Assembly: GCF_036399055.1 (NCBI RefSeq)
Contig: NZ_DASWNX010000033.1
Length of the DNA stretch: 64,000 nucleotides
Direction: 5' to 3' (one strand)
Source of the DNA: Jatrophihabitans sp.
Lineage (GTDB): Bacteria; Actinomycetota; Actinomycetes; Mycobacteriales; Jatrophihabitantaceae
In this document: piece after piece, positions 62,935 to 64,000 of the stretch
Position numbering within the stretch: the first letter of the stretch is position 1
Layout: every line of letters begins with the position of its first letter
Made by a program: the position numbers and the translations under genes
Notes under the pieces: generated by a model
Seen by the model: only the letters and a program-made list of their open reading frames with translations
Databases searched by the model: none
What the model was told of the DNA's origin: nothing

Positions 62935-63687
62935 TCACTCGGCCCTACCGCAGAGGATAAGGTAAAAGGGCACGTCCTCAGCACGCTCGAAATTACTGGG
63001 GTACTCGAATTCGTCTCTTCGAGGAGCTCCTTCTGACAGGCCCTCGAGTGCGAATCCAGCGTGCGACAGTGCGGATAGATAGGAGGCGATGGTCCGGTGT
63101 TGCTTAACGACTTCAGACCCCAGCCAAGGGCAAATTCGCGGCCCTTCTCTGAAGTAGCCCGAGACCGCCCACCTGCCGGCCCCGGGGGCCAAATCGGCCT
63201 GGTCGTAGTTGCTGGTGATGACGGGGTGCTCCACTGAGGCGACCAATCTTCCTCCGGGCCGCAGGCATGACCGCACGCGCCTTAGCAAATCCGTCAAGTC
63301 AGGGATGTAGTGAAAACTCATCCGCGCGACCACCACGTCGACCTCGATGCCGTCGGGGTTCCACTCCTGAAGGTCCGCGTGGACCAGCCGCACCCGCGAG
63401 TCCTCGCCGAGCCGTTCTCTGGCGGCTTCCAGCATCCGAGAACTGCCGTCGACCCCGAGGTAGGACTGAGCCCCTGCCTCCAGCAGCTCCAAGCCGTAAC
63501 GCCCGTCGCCGCAGCCCAGGTCAAGCACCGCCAAGCCCTCGGGCCGCCCGACGAACTCCTGAACCGAAGGCTGCTCAAGGCGCAGATTCGCATCGTCGGG
63601 GCCGTTGCGAACCTGCATGTATCCGTTGAAGGTATTCGGGTCGTCGTAGAACTCAGGTCCAGTCTGCGGTGTAGCTGCTGTATCCAT
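62935..63687 (-). CDS. Class I SAM-dependent methyltransferase
   Basis: LDLGCGDG, GVDGSSRML, LRPGGRLVASVEHP; ATG 63687 with GAAGGGAAGG upstream. Confidence 0.9.
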   Translation of the reverse strand: MDTAATPQTGPEFYDDPNTFNGYMQVRNGPDDANLRLEQPSVQEFVGRPEGLAVLDLGCGDGRYGLELLEAGAQSYLGVDGSSRMLEAARERLGEDSRVRLVHADLQEWNPDGIEVDVVVARMSFHYIPDLTDLLRRVRSCLRPGGRLVASVEHPVITSNYDQADLAPGAGRWAVSGYFREGPRICPWLGSEVVKQHRTIASYLSALSHAGFALEGLSEGAPRRDEFEYPSNFERAEDVPFYLILCGRAE

Positions 63688-64000
63688 CAGCCTTCCCTTC
63701 GCGACGATATCTGCGGCCATCCTGCCAGTTTCACGCGTAGCGGCGGCCCCCGGGACTCGGACAAACACCACCGACGCGCCATATTAAAGGTCGCGACAAC
63801 GCGACCCCGTCCTGCCAAGCCGACGGCCCCCGCAAGCCATGCTTATTGAAGATCGAGGGTAGGTGAAAGATCGAGTTTAGGGTATATTTCCGCTGACTTG
63901 TTCGGCCGAGCAGTCACTATGCGGGCCGAAGCTGCCTCCTGCCAGGGAGCGCGCGACGTCGGTAACAGGGAAACTAAGGGGTGTGTCGGCCGTGCTTGAC

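Overview
High-GC actinobacterial chromosome segment. The right half (about 37.5-60.3 kb) is the conserved actinobacterial core block: rlmB-cysS-ispF-ispD-carD-LpqE-like lipoprotein-radA-disA-mutY-clpC-lsr2-lysS-coaX-nadC-nadB-panC-DUF2520. The left half is accessory. It carries transporters, a large DUF4157 (eCIS-core) protein, an ankyrin/Fur/catalase module, a sugar uptake and catabolism cluster, an arsenic cluster, lutABC, an S8 protease, a GH25 lysozyme and msiK. It also holds a 3.3-kb integrase-less island at tRNA-Thr(TGT), bounded by a 47-bp tRNA 3'-end duplication and carrying TcmP and DUF5131. The best candidate for an undescribed system is a three-gene operon at 34.9-37.4 kb: a 94-aa Asp-Gly-Gly-Ala repeat peptide, a JmjC/ROX-type 2OG-Fe(II) oxygenase and a sucrase/ferredoxin-like Fe-S protein, which looks RiPP-like. 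Other notable points are an NLS-like tail and an internal domain duplication in the DUF4157 protein, an A/T-rich TTA-containing patch across the 3' part of lysS and lsr2, and a foreign-looking methyltransferase/two-domain glycosyltransferase/VOC block at the right end. No CRISPR array, rRNA or intact transposase was seen. All family assignments come from motif recognition by eye, not from database searches.
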